This document shows positions 30,703 to 41,293 of a DNA stretch of 43,443 nucleotides, piece by piece. The stretch is from a virus (lineage: Duplodnaviria > Heunggongvirae > Uroviricota > Caudoviricetes). The DNA lies in IMG/VR virus record IMGVR_UViG_2703718823_000009. One strand, 5' to 3'. The first letter of the stretch is position 1; each line of letters begins with the position of its first letter. The notes beneath the pieces are model-generated. The model was not told the DNA's origin. It saw only the letters and a program-made list of their open reading frames with translations, and did not search any database. Position numbers and translations under genes: made by a program.

Positions 30703-31983
30703 ATGAAATATCCGACAGGCGTGGAAAACCATGGAGGGAAATTACGTATCTGGTTTGTTTATAAAGGCGTAAGAGTCAGGGAAAATCTGGGGGTTCCTGA
30801 CACAGCAAAAAACAGGCGCGTTGCAGGTGAACTACGCTCCTCTGTTTGTTACGCAATAAAAACTGGTGTTTTCGACTATGCAAAACAGTTTCCCTCCTCA
30901 CGCAATCTGGAAAAATTTGGTGAGGCCCGACAAGATTTAACCATAAAAGAACTGGCTGAAAAATTTCTGGCACTGAAAGAAACTGAAGTCGCCAAAACAT
31001 CACTCAACACATACCGTGCCGTCATCAAAAATATCCTGAGCATAATCGGTGAAAAAAATCTTGCCTCATCGATTAATAAAGAAAAATTACTGGAGGTTCG
31101 TAAAGAGCTACTGACTGGATACCAGATCCCCAAAAGTAACTATATTGTTACACAACCAGGGAGATCGGCTGTAACTGTAAATAATTACATGACAAATCTT
31201 AACGCCGTGTTCCAGTTTGGTGTTGATAACGGTTACCTGGCAGATAATCCGTTTAAGGGGATCTCGCCATTAAAGGAATCAAGAACCATTCCGGATCCTC
31301 TTTCGCGGGAGGAATTTATCCGTCTTATCGATGCGTGCAGAAATCAGCAAGCAAAAAATTTATGGTGTGTTTCTGTTTATACTGGCGTTCGCCCTGGTGA
31401 GCTGTGTGCACTTGGATGGGAGGACATAGATCTGAAAAATGGAACAATGATGATCAGGAGAAATTTAGCAAAAGACCGTTTCACGGTACCAAAAACACAG
31501 GCGGGAACCAATCGGGCCATTCATCTTATTAAGCCAGCAATCGACGCTCTCCGGAGTCAGATGACATTAACGAGACTGAGCAAAGAGCATATCATTGATG
31601 TTCACCTCAGAGAGTATGGCAGAACAGAAAAACAAAAATGCACCTTTGTTTTTCAACCTGAAGTGTCAGCGAGAGTAAAAAATTATGGTGACCATTTTAC
31701 CGTTGACTCAATAAGGCAGATGTGGGACGCAGCGATAAAACGTGCCGGACTCCGCCATCGAAAATCATATCAGTCGAGACATACTTATGCCTGCTGGTCG
31801 CTGACAGCTGGTGCTAACCCGGCATTTATAGCAAACCAGATGGGCCATGCAGATGCGCAAATGGTATTTCAGGTATACGGAAAATGGATGTCTGAAAACA
31901 ATAATGCACAGGTAGCTTTGTTAAATACACAGTTAAGCGAGTTTGCCCCAACCATGCCCCATAACGAATCAATGAAAAATTAA
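30703..31983 (+). CDS. tyrosine integrase (IntQ-like, apparently intact)
   Basis: About 426-aa ORF with tyrosine-recombinase C-terminal region (...HRKSYQSRHTYACW...); last prophage gene before rspB; alternative ATG at 30688. Confidence 0.85.
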   Translation: MKYPTGVENHGGKLRIWFVYKGVRVRENLGVPDTAKNRRVAGELRSSVCYAIKTGVFDYAKQFPSSRNLEKFGEARQDLTIKELAEKFLALKETEVAKTSLNTYRAVIKNILSIIGEKNLASSINKEKLLEVRKELLTGYQIPKSNYIVTQPGRSAVTVNNYMTNLNAVFQFGVDNGYLADNPFKGISPLKESRTIPDPLSREEFIRLIDACRNQQAKNLWCVSVYTGVRPGELCALGWEDIDLKNGTMMIRRNLAKDRFTVPKTQAGTNRAIHLIKPAIDALRSQMTLTRLSKEHIIDVHLREYGRTEKQKCTFVFQPEVSARVKNYGDHFTVDSIRQMWDAAIKRAGLRHRKSYQSRHTYACWSLTAGANPAFIANQMGHADAQMVFQVYGKWMSENNNAQVALLNTQLSEFAPTMPHNESMKN

Positions 31984-32170
31984 TTTAATATTTATCAAAT
32001 AGTTAACACGCATGACTCTTGAAATCCATAAATTCAAGCGCAGTGCCCAGCCATCCCGATACTGCTGCTTTCACCAAATCCTTAGTGCTTCTTTCATGTT
32101 TTTCTATTGTCATAATGGTTATCTCTAAAAAAGAGGTAAGATGCGTACTACTTACTCGCCGTTATTGGTA

Positions 32171-33190
32171 TTATTCAGAAAAAGTGAGTAAGACTTTGCA
32201 GCAATGTTTTTGATCCTGTTCAAATAAACTAATGGCATCAGCAACATGCTGGAAATCAAACGTATGGGTAATTAATTTTTCTGGTTTAATTAACCCTTTA
32301 CTTAACCAGTCGATAACAACCGGAAATTTATTTGCATTTAAGCGTGAAGAGAAAATAGAGAGTTCTTTTCCGGTAATTCCTTGCTGAATCACTTCAGACG
32401 GTTCACTGGAGAAGCCCATCAATACAATACGTGCCGCTGGAGAAGCCAGCGTAACGGCCTCTTTCAGGATAGAAGGATGACAAGCCGCATCGATAATTAA
32501 TGTCGGCTTGATGCCTTTTTCAGCGAAAATCTCGCCAAGCGGTGTCTGGCTGTTATTAATCGCCCTGTCTGCCCCGCTCTCTTTCGCTTTTTCCAGTCGT
32601 TCATCAATGCGATCGGCAACAATCACATTTTTAACGTTATAGACGCCTTTTAATACCTGAACGATCGTCAGGCCGATTGGACCGGCACCATAAACCAGAA
32701 CGGTATCATTTTCAGTCGGTTGACCATGTCCGGTTACGTTAGCCGCAATGGTAAAAGGTTCGATCATCACCGCATATTGATCGGCCACTGCTTCAGGAAT
32801 TTTCCACGCATTTTTTGCCGGAACCACGGCATATTCACTGAAACCACCGTCAGCGTGCACACCTAATACAGCAAGTGTCGTACAAACGTTCGGTTTACCT
32901 ATAGAGCACGGATAGCAATGCCCACAGCTGACCACCGGATCGACAGCAACACGTTCACCGACTCTGGCGCTTTCCACGCCGTCACCCACCGCATCAATGA
33001 CGCCAAAGAATTCATGTCCAATGACGCGCGGATATTTCGCAAAAGGATTATGCCCACGATAAATATGGCTATCTGAACCACAAATTCCGGCAAGTTTCAC
33101 TTTTACTCGTACTTCACCCGCTGACGGGGTGGGTATTTCACGTTCGACAATCGCCAGTTGATTCGGTTTTTCAATTAATATGCTTTTCAT
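32171..33190 (-). CDS. rspB: starvation-sensing protein RspB (Zn-dependent dehydrogenase)
   Basis: 339 aa from MKSILIEKPNQ...; AAGGAG RBS; recalled E. coli RspB. Confidence 0.9.
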   Translation of the reverse strand: MKSILIEKPNQLAIVEREIPTPSAGEVRVKVKLAGICGSDSHIYRGHNPFAKYPRVIGHEFFGVIDAVGDGVESARVGERVAVDPVVSCGHCYPCSIGKPNVCTTLAVLGVHADGGFSEYAVVPAKNAWKIPEAVADQYAVMIEPFTIAANVTGHGQPTENDTVLVYGAGPIGLTIVQVLKGVYNVKNVIVADRIDERLEKAKESGADRAINNSQTPLGEIFAEKGIKPTLIIDAACHPSILKEAVTLASPAARIVLMGFSSEPSEVIQQGITGKELSIFSSRLNANKFPVVIDWLSKGLIKPEKLITHTFDFQHVADAISLFEQDQKHCCKVLLTFSE

Positions 33191-33201
33191 TATCTTACTC
33201 C

Positions 33202-34416
33202 TTACCAGTTCCACAGCGTGCCATCTTCCAGACGTGCGACTGGTAGATAAGCAGGTTCATAGGGATATTTCGCCGCCAGCTTTTCATCGAATTCGATGCC
33301 AAGACCCGGTTTGTCTCCCGGATGCATATAGCCGTTATCGAAAGTCCAGTTGTGCGGGAAGACTTCGAGCATTTGTTCGGAATAACCCATGTATTCCTGG
33401 ACACCGAAATTGGGGACCCACAGATCAAAGTGCAGCGCTGCAGCCATGCAGACTGGTGACAAATCGGAAGGACCGTGTGAGCCAGTACGTACCTGATACA
33501 GCGAAGCAAAATCGGCAATCCGGCGCATACCGGTAATTCCGCCTGCATGGGTCAGCGTGGTGCGGATATAATCGATGAGTTGCTCTTCAATCAGTTGTTT
33601 GCAGTCCCAGATGCTGTTGAAGACTTCACCCACTGCGATGGGTGTGACGGTATGTTGGCGAATGAGACGGAAGCATTCCTGGTTTTCTGCAAGCGTCGGG
33701 TCTTCCATCCAGAACATGCGATAATCTTCAATGCTTTTACCAAAGCGCGCCGCTTCAATAGGCGTTAAGCGATGGTGCATGTCATGCAGCAAATGTTCAT
33801 TAAAACCAAACTTGTTACGTACCGCGTCAAACAATTTCGGCATGAAATCGAGGTATTTCTCCGTCGACCACAACTGCTCTTCCGGCCACTGTCCTTTGGT
33901 TGCGGGTTCATAAGCCAGACCTTTACCTTTCGACATGCCGTAGGTGGTTTTCATACCAGGGATTCCGCACTGCACGCGGATGGCTTTGAATCCCAGCTCC
34001 TGATGACGGGCATAATCATCCAGAGCTTCATCAATACTGTGACCGGTGGTATGGCAATAAACCATCACCCCTTCACGAGACGCGCCGCCGAGTAACTGGT
34101 AAAGCGGCATGTTGGCAGCTTTGGCTTTAATATCCCACAGCGCCATATCAACCGCTGAAATGGCCGACATCGTAACCGGACCGCGACGCCAGTAAGCACC
34201 TTTATAGAAAAACTGCCAGATATCTTCGATACGGTGCGCATCGCGACCAATAAGCTGCGGACAAAGGTGATCCTGCAAATAAGAGGCCACGGAAAGCTCA
34301 CGTCCATTGAGGGTGGCATCCCCAAGGCCCGTAATACCGTCCTCAGTGGTGATTTTTAATGTGACGAAATTACGCCCCGGACAGGTAACAAAAACTTCAG
34401 CCTTTACGATCTTCAT
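33202..34416 (-). CDS. rspA: starvation-sensing protein RspA (enolase-superfamily dehydratase)
   Basis: 404 aa from [27 protein letters not shown]...; AAGGA RBS. Confidence 0.9.
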   Translation of the reverse strand: MKIVKAEVFVTCPGRNFVTLKITTEDGITGLGDATLNGRELSVASYLQDHLCPQLIGRDAHRIEDIWQFFYKGAYWRRGPVTMSAISAVDMALWDIKAKAANMPLYQLLGGASREGVMVYCHTTGHSIDEALDDYARHQELGFKAIRVQCGIPGMKTTYGMSKGKGLAYEPATKGQWPEEQLWSTEKYLDFMPKLFDAVRNKFGFNEHLLHDMHHRLTPIEAARFGKSIEDYRMFWMEDPTLAENQECFRLIRQHTVTPIAVGEVFNSIWDCKQLIEEQLIDYIRTTLTHAGGITGMRRIADFASLYQVRTGSHGPSDLSPVCMAAALHFDLWVPNFGVQEYMGYSEQMLEVFPHNWTFDNGYMHPGDKPGLGIEFDEKLAAKYPYEPAYLPVARLEDGTLWNW

Positions 34417-34621
34417 GTTCGATTCCTTGCATCGCTTGTCGTGATGCATGAAATCTACGCAACTGAGCTACTACCATACAAGTATAAAGATCGAAAAAAG
34501 CCGGAGTGATCACAAAAAAAGGCGTATATTAGCGCTGTGAATGGTTGACAAAAGATGAAATAGAATACCTTTTGTCAGCTGACACTTCCTCTTATCTTAT
34601 TGATAAAATGGATTTATGTTC

Positions 34622-34948
34622 CTACGTGCGCCCCCAGCCCGCAACAATGATCAACATGCCGCAAAGCGCAATCAACGCACCCGTCCAGTCATAAAGAGTC
34701 AGTTTCACGCCATCCACAACGCGCAGCCACATCAACGCCGTGCAGACATAAACGCCACCATAAGCCGCGTAAACACGCCCACTCGCCGCTGGATGCAACG
34801 TTAACAACCAGACAAACAGCGCCAGTGAAATCCCCGCCGGAAGCAACAGCCAGATACTGGCGTTTCGTTTTAACCACAACCAGGGCAGAAAGCATCCAAT
34901 AATTTCACACAGCGCAGTAGCAAAAAATAGTAACGTTGCTTTAATCAT
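34622..34948 (-). CDS. ynfA: UPF0060 inner membrane protein YnfA
   Basis: 108 aa from [27 protein letters not shown]... Confidence 0.85.
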   Translation of the reverse strand: MIKATLLFFATALCEIIGCFLPWLWLKRNASIWLLLPAGISLALFVWLLTLHPAASGRVYAAYGGVYVCTALMWLRVVDGVKLTLYDWTGALIALCGMLIIVAGWGRT

Positions 34949-35082
34949 CTTTGTCACTTATTGACATCATGTATAGTTATAGGGCGACATAATATCATCA
35001 ATATAAACACCCTCCTGGTACGTTTTGCGTTCGCAGTGGATGGTGTAGAATCTCCTTTAATCATTCATACAGGGAATGAATT

Positions 35083-35424
35083 ATGAAAATCACTCTCAGC
35101 AAACGAATCGGCCTGCTCGCTTTTCTGCTGCCTTGCGCACTGGCACTGAGCACAACTGTTCATGCCGAAACTAACAAACTGGTGATTGAGTCTGGCGACA
35201 GTGCACAAAGCCGCCAGCACGCCGCTATGGAAAAAGAGCAATGGAATGACACGCGCAATCTGCGTCAGAAAGTGAATAAACGCACTGAAAAAGAGTGGGA
35301 TAAAGCCGACGCCGCTTTTGATAACCGCGATAAATGTGAGCAAAGCGCCAACATCAATGCCTACTGGGAGCCAAATACTTTGCGCTGCCTGGACCGTCGA
35401 ACTGGCCGCGTTATTACCCCCTAA
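35083..35424 (+). CDS. ynfB: YnfB (secreted DUF1283 protein)
   Basis: [32 protein letters not shown]... (113 aa). Confidence 0.85.
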
Positions 35425-35458
35425 CCTGTTATTGATTTAAGGAATGTAAGGACACGTT

Positions 35459-36019
35459 ATGCCAAGCGCCCACAGTGTTAAGCTACGCCCGCTGGAGCGT
35501 GAAGATTTACGCTATGTACATCAACTCGACAATAACGCCAGTGTGATGCGTTACTGGTTTGAGGAACCCTACGAAGCCTTTGTTGAACTCTCTGATCTGT
35601 ATGATAAGCATATTCACGATCAGAGCGAACGACGCTTTGTGGTGGAATGTGACGGCGAAAAAGCCGGTCTGGTGGAGCTGGTGGAAATTAACCATGTACA
35701 TCGCCGGGCAGAATTTCAGATAATTATCTCCCCGGAGTATCAGGGGAAAGGTCTGGCAACCCGTGCCGCCAAATTAGCAATGGACTATGGCTTCACCGTT
35801 CTCAATCTCTATAAGCTGTATCTGATCGTCGATAAAGAGAATGAAAAAGCGATTCACATTTACCGCAAGCTTGGCTTTACGGTTGAAGGTGAATTGATGC
35901 ACGAGTTCTTTATTAATGGTCAATATCGTAATGCCATTCGCATGTGTATATTCCAGCATCAGTATCTGGCAGAGCACAAAACACCGGGTCAGACTCTCCT
36001 GAAGCCGACCGCACAATAG
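35459..36019 (+). CDS. speG: spermidine N1-acetyltransferase SpeG
   Basis: [44 protein letters not shown]... (186 aa). Confidence 0.95.
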   Translation: MPSAHSVKLRPLEREDLRYVHQLDNNASVMRYWFEEPYEAFVELSDLYDKHIHDQSERRFVVECDGEKAGLVELVEINHVHRRAEFQIIISPEYQGKGLATRAAKLAMDYGFTVLNLYKLYLIVDKENEKAIHIYRKLGFTVEGELMHEFFINGQYRNAIRMCIFQHQYLAEHKTPGQTLLKPTAQ

Positions 36020-36021
36020 CA

Positions 36022-36732
36022 TTAATAATAATCGATCGTATTTTTGATGGTGTAAACCCTTTCGACGGCGGGTTTTACTCCTTCATCAACAATGATCAGC
36101 TGACAGTCCACCGGATTGGCGTGACTGTCATATTCACAGCTCTGTTTTACATTACCAACTCGTTGATTATTCAGTAAAGTAACCGCTGTGTAATCTAATT
36201 TTTTGATCGGGTCCGTTGATGGCGTGGCGCTGACAGATAATGTTTTGTCGTTACTTTTCGTGGTTTTACCCAGTGGATAACCCTGATCATCATAGCGATA
36301 TTCCATCTGCATTTGTTTGCTGCTGGCTTTAATCACGAAGCCATTATCATCGGTTTCCCAACTCACCCCGGCAGAAGGTAATTCTGCTAGCTGGCATTTT
36401 CCCTGTAAACGTACTCTCTTCTCCAGCGTCTCGGCATCACGGTAATAATTGGCGTCCAGTACCAGAGCGACCACGGTATTATTTTCCAGATCCAGTAATT
36501 CGAGTGAATCAAAACAGCCTTCTTCCGACAAAGTCCCAGAAACACGTTTCGTCACTTCACCTTGCTCATCCATTAATGTCTGAGTGAAATCTTTTACCGG
36601 ACCACGCAGCGGATCAAAATCGAATTCATTAGAGAAACTGGCCATCTCAGGGGTAAATGAAAGTGTTACCTCTGTGCGGTCACATCCTGTGAGGAATATC
36701 GCGAGTAAGCATGGTAGTAATTTGTATTTCAC
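36022..36732 (-). CDS. ynfC: lipoprotein YnfC
   Basis: 236 aa from GTG (MKYKLLPCLLAIFLTGC..., lipobox LTGC). Confidence 0.8.
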   Translation of the reverse strand: MKYKLLPCLLAIFLTGCDRTEVTLSFTPEMASFSNEFDFDPLRGPVKDFTQTLMDEQGEVTKRVSGTLSEEGCFDSLELLDLENNTVVALVLDANYYRDAETLEKRVRLQGKCQLAELPSAGVSWETDDNGFVIKASSKQMQMEYRYDDQGYPLGKTTKSNDKTLSVSATPSTDPIKKLDYTAVTLLNNQRVGNVKQSCEYDSHANPVDCQLIIVDEGVKPAVERVYTIKNTIDYY

Positions 36733-36839
36733 AACAGTCACCAGAGAGTAGAGATGATTCTCAATCATAGTAGCAAATACAGTACTTTACACGTTAAATG
36801 CTATGCTTAAAGAAGTTATCTTCGCGTAAGGAGCTTATG

Positions 36840-37145
36840 ATGAAACTCTCAACCTGCTGTGCCGCGCTTCTGCTCGCCCTCGCCTCACCCGCGGTACTCG
36901 CCGCGCCGGGATCCTGTGAGCGCATACAGAGCGATATATCACAGCGCATTATCAATAATGGCGTACCCGAAAGCAGCTTCACGTTAAGTATTGTACCCAA
37001 TGACCAGGTTGATCAGCCTGATTCCCAGGTCGTCGGCCATTGCGCTAATGATACGCATAAAATTCTCTATACCCGCACCACCAGCGGTAACGTCTCTGCT
37101 CCCGCGCAGTCTACCCAGGATGGCGCGCCTGCCGAACCGCAGTAA
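36840..37145 (+). CDS. ynfD: YnfD (secreted DUF1161 protein)
   Basis: MKLSTCCAALLLALASPAVLAAPGSCERIQSD... (101 aa); TAAGGAG RBS. Confidence 0.8.
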   Translation: MKLSTCCAALLLALASPAVLAAPGSCERIQSDISQRIINNGVPESSFTLSIVPNDQVDQPDSQVVGHCANDTHKILYTRTTSGNVSAPAQSTQDGAPAEPQ

Positions 37146-37343
37146 TACATTATCGACTGAACGCCGGATACGACACATCCGGCGATTTGAACATACAACA
37201 TAATCCCACCTTATTACTCATACCCTTCTATTGATATGGATTAATAATTCTTAACCCAAAATGGGTAGACTCCCTCTATTGTTAGCGCGCTAAATATTCA
37301 ATATATAAACATTTATATAACGATAAAGAACAGGGAGTGAGTT

Positions 37344-38754
37344 ATGTCCAAAAATGACCGAATGGTGGGCATCAGCCGCAGAACACTCGTTAAATCAACC
37401 GCGATAGGTTCTCTGGCGCTGGCTGCAGGCGGTTTTTCTTTACCGTTCACCCTGCGCAGTGCAGCGGCAGCGGTACAACAGGCCAGCGAAAAAGTGATCT
37501 GGGGTGCCTGTTCCGTCAACTGTGGTAGCCGCTGTGCACTTCGTCTACATGTTAAAGATAATGAAGTCACCTGGGTGGAAACTGACAACACCGGCAGCGA
37601 CGAGTATGGCAATCATCAAGTACGCGCCTGTTTGCGTGGTCGATCCATCCGTCGGCGTATTAATCATCCCGATCGCTTGAATTACCCAATGAAACGCGTG
37701 GGCAAACGCGGCGAAGGCAAATTCGAACGGATTAGCTGGGATGAAGCCCTGGATACTATCGCCAGTAGCCTGAAGAAAACCGTCGAACAATATGGCAATG
37801 AGGCTGTATATATTCAGTACTCTTCGGGGATCGTTGGCGGCAATATGACCCGCTCTTCGCCATCAGCCTCGGCGGTCAAACGCCTGATGAACTGCTACGG
37901 CGGTTCACTCAATCAGTATGGCTCCTACAGCACCGCGCAAATTTCCTGTGCCATGCCCTACACCTACGGCAGTAATGATGGCAACAGCACCACGGATATT
38001 GAAAACAGCAAGCTGGTCGTGATGTTTGGTAACAACCCGGCAGAAACCCGCATGAGCGGCGGTGGCATCACTTATCTTCTTGAAAAAGCGCGCGAGAAAT
38101 CGAACGCCAAAATGATTGCTATCGATCCGCGATATACCGATACGGCTGCTGGTCGTGAAGATGAATGGCTCCCTATTCGCCCGGGCACCGATGCCGCGCT
38201 GGTTGCGGGTATTGCCTGGGTATTGATTAACGAAAATCTCGTTGATCAACCTTTTCTCGATAAATACTGCGTCGGCTATGACGAAAAAACCTTACCCGCA
38301 GATGCACCCAAAAATAGTCACTATAAAGCCTATATTCTTGGTGAAGGTGATGATAACACAGCGAAAACGCCGCAGTGGGCTTCGCAAATTACCGGTATCC
38401 CGGTAGACCGTATCATCAAACTGGCGCGTGAAATTGGCACAGCAAAACCCGCTTATATCTGCCAGGGCTGGGGGCCGCAACGCCAGGCAAACGGCGAACT
38501 GACTGCACGCGCTATTGCTATGTTACCTATTTTGACGGGCAATGTCGGCATCAGCGGCGGAAATAGTGGCGCGCGTGAATCGACCTATACCATTACCATA
38601 GAACGCCTGCCGGTGCTGGATAATCCGGTCAAAATGTCAATCTCCTGCTTCAGCTGGACAGATGCTATCGATCATGGTCCGCAAATGACGGCAATCCGCG
38701 ACGGCGTCCGCGGCAAAGATAAACTGGATGTGCCCATTAAGTTCATCTGGAACT
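37344..38754 (+). pseudogene. ynfE: ynfE (Tat-exported molybdoenzyme) truncated after about 470 codons by insertion of foreign DNA
   Basis: Twin-arginine signal MSKNDRMVGISRRTLVK and DmsA-like sequence through ...PIKFIWN; the frame then runs 15 unrelated codons into the insert to a stop at 38801; full-length YnfE is about 800 aa (recalled). Confidence 0.8.
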
Positions 38755-38810
38755 TCAAGGACTTGAAGCGGACCCTTAGTAGGTCTGAGGTCCTGCATTG
38801 AGTCAAGGAC

Positions 38811-38843
38811 TTTGTGTCAGGCTTTGTGTCAGCCTTGTGTCAT
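38811..38843. repeat. short tandem repeat TTTGTGTCAG(G/C)C x3 near the element terminus
   Basis: ACTTTGTGTCAGGC TTTGTGTCAGCC TTGTGTCATT read directly. Confidence 0.6.
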
Positions 38844-38995
38844 TAGACGGGATGTCTAGACGGCTGGTCAGGACCCCGGTGGCCTCGGTCTGGACTTGAG
38901 GCGGGGCTATGGGGGAGAAGTCTGCTGGCTTAATGTATTAGATGGTCATTCACATTTTTCTGTCAGAAACCATCGGTCCCACTGTGAGTCCAAAC

Positions 38996-39151
38996 CTAAG
39001 CCCCCAGAAGCCCACCCACAGCCTTAGACAGAGTGTCGAATACATTCACACCGAGTCGACCGGAGAGGACCATATAGAGACCCACAGAGAGGAGCACGAG
39101 TTTATAGACCAGAGTCAGGAGGGACCTTAGGTCTGCGGAAGTCATGGACAT
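38996..39151 (-). CDS. small hydrophobic protein (51 aa) with strong RBS
   Basis: GGAGG 4 nt before ATG; MSMTSADLRSLLTLVYKLVLLSVGLYMVLSGRLGVNVFDTLSKAVGGLLGA; below ORF-track cutoff. Confidence 0.3.
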   Translation of the reverse strand: MSMTSADLRSLLTLVYKLVLLSVGLYMVLSGRLGVNVFDTLSKAVGGLLGA

Positions 39152-39204
39152 AAAGCCTCCTTCGTCTATTGTACTACTGCACTAGATAACTAGTACAAAA
39201 CAAA

Positions 39205-39229
39205 GGTCCAGACCATTGGTCCAGACCAT
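39205..39229. repeat. tandem repeat GGTCCAGACCAT x2
   Basis: GGTCCAGACCATTGGTCCAGACCAT read directly. Confidence 0.6.
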
Positions 39230-39389
39230 AGTTATCATGATGATTGGAACGATTGAACGGTAGGCACTTTACGTCTCACCCACTGTTCAGCTTCAGCCAG
39301 TGACCAGCATAGCCGCTTATAGACTCTGCGTGTCATCCAGATTGTTGCTTGATATCGTCCACCCTCCACAGGCTGTATAGATGTCTTAA

Positions 39390-39629
39390 TCACAGTGACA
39401 GGCCACCACCTGAAGTCCTGCTGATATTCAGTCCAGACTTACCTCTGCTCATGGTCTTACCTCCCTCGGTCTCCTGACCTTGGGTATCGACTACAGCTTG
39501 CTGAGCGTCATCTGGAGGAGCTACAGGAGGAGCTACAGGAGGCGGGACCGAAGCCCCACCTTGAGTCCCACCACCACCTGTCAGGCCCTTGGCGATGGAC
39601 CTGAAGCCTTTACTAATGCTCTTACCCAT
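39390..39629 (-). CDS. Gly/Pro-rich small protein (79 aa), low complexity
   Basis: ORF with internal PPVAPPVAPP repeat from a 12-bp tandem DNA repeat; no clear RBS. Confidence 0.3.
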   Translation of the reverse strand: MGKSISKGFRSIAKGLTGGGGTQGGASVPPPVAPPVAPPDDAQQAVVDTQGQETEGGKTMSRGKSGLNISRTSGGGLSL

Positions 39630-39634
39630 TGGTC

Positions 39635-40621
39635 TTACGCTTCGGTCTTGGTGAACTTCAGGCGTTTGACTACAGGCAGGACGGCAGTAGCTGAGCCAGT
39701 GCCCATCTTGATGGTCGTAGCAGCTTCAGCGACAACGTACACTTTACCGAGGATTTCCAAGTCGTGGGACTGAGAGTCGCCATCACGTGAAAGGACGACC
39801 GTAATATTCTCGCCATCGTGACGGAAGCAACCGAAGCTCAGAGCCGTGAAGCGTTTAGCCAGCATGAATACACCCTTGTCTTCACCGTTGTAGTAGGCGA
39901 TGTCTGTTCCCAGCATATCGACGATAGCGTCTTCACCGGAGAAGCCTTGCTTAGCAGCCAGACGGGACAGTGCTTTCAGTTGGCTCTCATGAGCGATAAT
40001 ACCGTAGTTAGACACCTCAGAACCGAAAGAAGGCTCTGTGTTCTCATACAGAGCGTCCATGATAGCGTCTGCCTTAGCGGTCAGGCTACCAGTCAGGACA
40101 GGAAGCTCTACGGTCTTCAGCAGCTTAGAGGATTCCAGAACGTCGACCATGTGAGCGTTGATGGTACGGACCACATTCTCACAGATGTTCATAGCGTCCT
40201 GCTGAAGTGTGCCCTGAGTGAATCCGGTGGATGACTTGGCGTCCCAGAGAGTGGTCTGCTCAGAGATGAGAATAGCCTGCTCGATTGGTTCGACCACGAT
40301 TTCTTGTCCAGACGGAATGGTCACGACTTCAGGTCGCTTGCCACCACGGACAGGAACGACCACAGAGCGGTCAGCCAGAGTGTGGGCAATGATTGGGGTC
40401 GGTAAGCTGTTACGGGTCGGCAGGACTTCTACAGGGAACGGGATGTTCTCTTGAGCGTCCTTAAGTACACCGTTCAGCATAGCCTTAACCGTCTTAGCTA
40501 ACTGGAGGGCGTAGACCTGCGGGTCAGCGTTAGTCGGCAGACCTTCATTGACCTGAATGTTGTCGGTATCGGTGATGCGTACTGGCTCAATGCCAAACTG
40601 GAAAGCGTCTTTAATCGTCAT
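39635..40621 (-). CDS. hypothetical protein (328 aa), largest gene of the cassette
   Basis: ATG at 40621 with TAGGAGA RBS 9 nt upstream; no family recognised by eye. Confidence 0.55.
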   Translation of the reverse strand: MTIKDAFQFGIEPVRITDTDNIQVNEGLPTNADPQVYALQLAKTVKAMLNGVLKDAQENIPFPVEVLPTRNSLPTPIIAHTLADRSVVVPVRGGKRPEVVTIPSGQEIVVEPIEQAILISEQTTLWDAKSSTGFTQGTLQQDAMNICENVVRTINAHMVDVLESSKLLKTVELPVLTGSLTAKADAIMDALYENTEPSFGSEVSNYGIIAHESQLKALSRLAAKQGFSGEDAIVDMLGTDIAYYNGEDKGVFMLAKRFTALSFGCFRHDGENITVVLSRDGDSQSHDLEILGKVYVVAEAATTIKMGTGSATAVLPVVKRLKFTKTEA

Positions 40622-40705
40622 AATAATCAATCTCCTAAATTAGTTTAAATACTGTGAGTCCTCAAAACTGAGGAGTCCCTAACATCGGGTCAGGGACTGT
40701 GTGTC

Positions 40706-41197
40706 TTATAAGCTGTCCAGCCAGTTACCGCCTGACTCAAGGTCAGCGACAATAGCGGCACGGGAGCGACCAGCGGAATGGGTTGCACTGCGGAGGTTCT
40801 CACCATAGGTCCGGCGTTCAGCTTTGACTTGTTCGCGGCGCTGTAGCTCTTTCTGCCACTCTGCATCGGTCATGTTCTCTTCACGCATACGCTCTTTCTG
40901 AGATGCCAGCTCTTTAGCGATACGCTCAGCCTCAGCTCGTTTGTTAAGCTGGCGGCGACCATAGGCGGTCATCAGGTCATTACTGAAGAAGTTGCCAATA
41001 GCTACGCCAGCTTCAGCCAGAGCTTCCAGTAACTCCATTGCCTCGCGGCTGGTAGACGGCAGGCCTGACAGGTAGCCCGGAATGAGGGTCTTGATAGCGA
41101 GCGACAGCGGATAGGGCTGACCGTCCAGACTCACAGTGTTTTCATAAAGGTTGATGTCGGTGACTGACAGCTTCCAGTTGTTGTTGTTGAACATCAT
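40706..41197 (-). CDS. hypothetical protein (163 aa) with charged helical C-terminal half
   Basis: ATGATG start with AGAGGAG RBS; C-terminus ...AERIAKELASQKERMREENMTDAEWQKELQRREQVKAERR... Confidence 0.5.
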   Translation of the reverse strand: MMFNNNNWKLSVTDINLYENTVSLDGQPYPLSLAIKTLIPGYLSGLPSTSREAMELLEALAEAGVAIGNFFSNDLMTAYGRRQLNKRAEAERIAKELASQKERMREENMTDAEWQKELQRREQVKAERRTYGENLRSATHSAGRSRAAIVADLESGGNWLDSL

Positions 41198-41293
41198 AGG
41201 TAATTCTCCTCTTGAGAGTTGAGACTATCGGTATCGCAGACGCAGTAGCGCCTACGGGTCTCCCCGCATCGGTCATCTCAAAAGGTTTTAAAA

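Noticed and set aside
31984-32170. Prophage attachment site core and tRNA integration target
   Set aside because: No tRNA-like sequence recognised and the other prophage end is outside the window, so a core repeat cannot be defined.
39480-39773. Plus-strand 97-aa ORF in the inserted element
   Set aside because: Antisense to the cassette, Arg/Ser-rich low complexity, no RBS.
39635-40621. Calling the 328-aa protein a T7 gp10-type major capsid protein
   Set aside because: No convincing similarity to recalled T7 gp10; kept only as a hypothesis.
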